Assembly (NCBI GenBank): GCA_038087875.1
Contig: JAXLNO010000533.1
Coordinates: forward strand, 1-64,000
Origin: Malacoraja senta
Taxonomy: Eukaryota
Length of the DNA: 64,000 nucleotides
Direction: 5' to 3'
Each line of letters opens with the position of its first letter. The stretch's first letter is position 1. The position numbers and the translations under genes are program-made. Positions 60,226 through 64,000 of the stretch are shown piece by piece. Under the pieces are notes generated by a model that searched no databases, had not been told where the DNA came from, and saw only the letters and a program-made list of their open reading frames with translations.

Positions 60226-61264
60226 ACGTGACAATAATAAACCGAAACTTATCCCTGTGCCTATCTGCAGATTAGTGTCACTCATACTGTGGCTCCGCCC
60301 ACAGGCTTATTAGACAGCTCTCTCTCTCTCTGGTAGACTGGTAGTAAGCATGCTGAGAAGAAAGCACCTTGTGTTTCCTCTGCAGAGTTACTAATAAAAT
60401 ACTATGGATTCTAACCACTATGTGTGAGTTTGATCATTCTTCCAACACTATCTCTTGTGTTGTTACGTCTCTGGAACTAAGTGGTAGCTGCGCTTAACTG
60501 CTGTAGCATAACTGTTTAAGCTGAACAATTCATGAAAAAAGTCTAAAAAGGATAAAAAACAAGTGATTCCAGCATGTTGAAAGATAATTGGGACTGATAC
60601 GTAATGGGTGGCACTGCGACACAGTTCCAGTGACGAGGGTTTGATCACAATCTTGAAACAGAAAAACTTAAACTGAGGCAGGCGCCTCTACTTCATCAAT
60701 CCAGTGCTGTTATGACACTGGGCCTTAACATGAGAAAATGTGAAATTGGGTATTTCCTTAGGGCAAAATCAGACTTCTCAGAGACTTGGAAGCTGCAAGA
60801 TAGTCCTGGAATGTGGTGGATCTCTGCGTGCTGTTCCAGAAGAGGACGAATTGTACTTATGTACAGTATGACTTGACTGGGGAGAATGCAGAACAACCAT
60901 TTCACTGCAGACAGACACAAAAAGCTGGAGTAACTCAGCGGGACAGGCAGCATCTCTGGAGAGAAGGGACGGGGTGTCCAGCATCTGCTGTTCCATCCAA
61001 ACCATTTCACTGCATCTCTGCATGCATGAAACTAAACAGAGTTATATAAAATGCAGCACATACTGCAGTACTCAAGTAGGTCAGGCTGTCCTGATTTTGC
61101 AGGTGGATAACTTTACTGTAATTTAAAAAAAACACAAAAACGTGCAGGTGTAACTCAGTGGCTCAGGCAGCATCTGGAAGACATGGTTACGTAATGTTTC
61201 AGCTTGGTGTCCGTCTTCATACTTCTTGCATCTGTTCTTTCTGACTTCAACTTAACAGTTGAAA

Positions 61265-61770
61265 AGGACCGTCGTGAGCCCCACCACGGGGCGTGGACTT
61301 ACCATCGGAGCGGATCCCTTGCCTGGGATCGCTCCCAACGCGGCCTGCGAACTTACCATCAAGGGCTCCCAGTCTCGGGAGAGGCTAGTCGGGAGCTCCA
61401 ACGCCACAGAAGGTTCGTCCAGCCCCGACGCGAGGTTCGATCGCCCGGCGCAGGGGAGCTGACAATCCCCCCGATGCGGGAGCTGATCACCTCGACGCGG
61501 AGGGCCCGAACGCCGCCGGCTACGGGACTCAAGACCGTCCGTTCAACGGGGGGCTCGAGGCCCCCGACCAAGGAAGAACAACAAGGGAAGGACTTGGAAC
61601 TTTATTTTCGCCTTCCATCACAGTGAGGAATGTGTAGGAGTCACTATGATGGATGTTTATGTCAAAATGTGTTTTTGAGTCTGTTGCTTTTTTAAATTGT
61701 ATGACTGACCTGGCCAGTGAATTTTACTACACCAATTGGTGTATGTGACAATAAATGAACATGAACTTAT
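61265..61770 (+). mobile_element. GC-rich non-autonomous retroelement with (TGAAC)n-like tail
   Basis: CpG-rich body, CCATCACAGTGAGGA and TGACAATAAA tail shared with 50242-50500. Confidence 0.6.
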
Positions 61771-62469
61771 GAAATGACCAGTTCTTTTATCGACAGGGAA
61801 TACAACTTGTTGAACGTGGAATTGAGTGTGAAAGGCTGCAACATGTCAAGGTAGAAGCTGAGTTGTTGGTCCTCAAGGTTACTTTCACCCTTGTTATCCT
61901 AGTGTAAGAGGTACAGATGGATGGATCATGGTGGGTGTTGAATGGAGAATTAAAGTGGCAGGAATTAGGAATCTTAGAAAGTCCCATGGATTGAATGCGG
62001 GTTCTCCAGAACGCAGCCACTCAATTTGTTTCATTGATGCGATGTGGAAGATTACGTCATGAAAACCAAATGCAGTAGATTTGACTGGAAGTGCAAGTGT
62101 TTCACGCTGTTTCACTTTGAAGAACTGCCTGGGTCTATGGACAGTAGGAAGGGAAGAGGTAAATGGATAGATGTTGCATGCACCAAGACAGGAAAGTAGA
62201 GGAAAGTTGTGGGGATAGTAGACAGACCAGGGAGCGAAAAAGGGAATGACTACTTCAAGATATAGAATGGGGATCAGGGCAGGAGGGGAGGGAGAAATGG
62301 ATTGACTAATTGAATCAGATTTAAACTGGGAGTAAGTATTCAACATGGAGGCTGGAGGAGTGAAAAACTCTGCCCTGTCCAATGAGAATATATAGAACAT
62401 AGAACAGTACAAGAACAGGACTTTCAGCCTGCAATGTCCATGTCGAACAGGATACCAAGTTAAACTAAG

Positions 62470-62765
62470 GCAACACAGTGGCACAGTGATAGAATGGCTG
62501 TCTTACAGCATTAGAGACCCGGGTTCGATCCTGACTAGAGTGCTGTCTGGACGGAGTTTGTACGTTCTCTCTGTCACCTTGTGGGTTTTCTCTGGGGGCT
62601 ACGGTTTCCTCCCAAATACAAAAGACGTGCAGGTTTGTAGGTTAGTTGGCTTCTGTAAATTGTCCCTAGCTTGTAGGACAAAAATAGTGAATGGGCAATT
62701 GCTGGTCAGTGCGGACTCAGTGGCCCAAAGTTCCTGTTTCCATACTCTATCTCTAAACTAAACCA
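62470..62765 (+). mobile_element. HE1-type SINE
   Basis: GAGACCCGGGTTCGATCCTGACT head and CTCTAAACTAAA tail. Confidence 0.85.
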
Positions 62766-63084
62766 AAACTGATTTCCACTGCCTGCATGTGATCCATATC
62801 CTTGTATTCGCTGCACATTCACAAGCCTGTCCAAAACCTTCTTAAGCACCATTATCATGTCTTCCTCTACCACCACTCCTGGTAGCGCATTCTAGGTATC
62901 AAGCTCTCTCTGTGCAAAAAAACACTTGACCTGCACAACTCGTGTAAATTTTGCCCTTCGAAGCTTAATGCTGTGCTCTTTTGAGATGTGTGATAGACAT
63001 GCAATCCCATTAGGGGCTGTCAACTGTGGTCAAGAAAATCCATGGTTAACTAATATGAAAGACATCAATTACACTTTCTCCCTG

Positions 63085-63735
63085 TCAAACAGGGATGTAA
63101 TGCTGAGGTTCTATAAGGCACCGGTCAGGCCACATTTGGAGCATTGTGAGCAATTTTGGGCACCATATCTGAGGAAGGATGTGCTGGCTCTGGAGAGTGT
63201 CCAGAGGAGGTGTCCAAGAATGATCCCAGGAATGAATCGGTTAACATATGATGACCATTTGATGGCAGTGGGCCTGTACTTGCTGGGGTTTAGAAGAATA
63301 AGGGGGGACCTCATTGAGTCATACAAAATAGTGAAAGACTGTTTGCCTTTTGAAATTGGTTCGATTATGTTTGCTCCCACAAAATTGCATTAAAAAACCT
63401 ATAGTGAAAATTCTATAATATATAGTGGTATACGAATTTGGAAACAATTAAAAAAGACTTTAAAATTGGATAATTTATCACTCTGTCTCCCCATTATAAA
63501 CAACCCTTTATTCAAACCCTCCATGTTGGATAAAGGCTTTACACAATGGAAAAATTATGGAATTAAAAAGATGGGACATCTTTATAGGAAAGGCACTTTT
63601 CTGTAATTTCAGGGGTTACAACAGATTTACGGACCACACTCAAATAACTTTTTCAGATATTTACAAATTAGAGATTACATTAAATCAAATACACAAGATT
63701 ACAGAACTAGGGAACCAGAAATCCTTGATGAATGT
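63085..63735 (+). mobile_element. CR1 fragment (63085-63337) fused to an L1 ORF2 fragment related to L1-B (63338-63735)
   Basis: LRFYKAPVRPHLEHC..FW..YLRKDVLALE, then DCLPFEIGSI..IRIWKQLKK..NNPLFKP matching the L1-B C-terminal region. Confidence 0.8.
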
Positions 63736-63736
63736 T

Positions 63737-64000
63737 TGAATAAACATCCTAATAACATCAACAGGGGGCGCCGTCGAATATGGCTGCCCCGCCAGCAGCT
63801 GTTAGTTTTTTCACTCTTTTTTTTATTTTTAGTTAGTTGAGAGTGTTGGTTGGAGATCTTTTAGTCTTTTTATGTGGGGGGGGGGGGGTAGGGGGAAGGG
63901 GGAAACTATTCTTCTCAGTCCCTACCTGGTCGGAGATGCGGCTTTTCTCCGAGCCGTATCTTCGCCCCTTCCTCGCGGCCTACGGGCAGGCTGGAGCGGC
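63737..64000 (+). mobile_element. 5' part of a GC-rich interspersed repeat, continuing beyond the window
   Basis: GGGGGCGCCGTC...ATGGCTGCC start, G-runs and CpG-rich body resembling 61265-61770. Confidence 0.45.

Noticed and set aside
60778-60876. Ser-rich terminal exon candidate after a strong minus-strand acceptor
   Set aside because: There is no recognisable homology, it lies upstream of alpha3, and no partner exon was identified.

Overview
Vertebrate nuclear DNA, almost certainly a cartilaginous fish and most likely a skate or ray. This is inferred from HE1-type SINEs, HER1/CR1 3' ends and palindromic Penelope-derived repeats. The window is very repeat-dense and has two short N gaps. Host-gene content is small and easy to miss. 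(i) Two exons of an MHC class I-like heavy chain lie on the minus strand: a C1-set alpha3 exon at 58364-58630 and a TM exon at 55569-55676; no alpha1/alpha2 exons were found in the window. (ii) A probable first coding exon of a GPR139/GPR142-like GPCR lies at 4650-4731 (-) with a TATA box. The rest is mobile or tandem DNA. It includes a 5'-truncated L2/Crack-type LINE, four tandem arrays (25, 27, 30 and about 40 bp units) and a class I (epsilon/gamma-type) ERV pol-end/env/LTR with a partial head-to-tail duplication. There are two DIRS1-type tyrosine-recombinase retrotransposons with complete ITR/ICR architecture and a hAT MITE with an 8-bp TSD. A nested L1 cluster contains an old L1 interrupted by a near-intact full-length L1 (16-bp TSD) and by a DIRS element. 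Many Penelope-derived palindromes carry minimal hammerhead-ribozyme cores. I see no prokaryote-type system, and the long ORFs at 8.4-13.7 kb are satellite artefacts. Exon, TSD and terminus coordinates were read by eye; repeat-fragment boundaries are approximate. No database searches were run.
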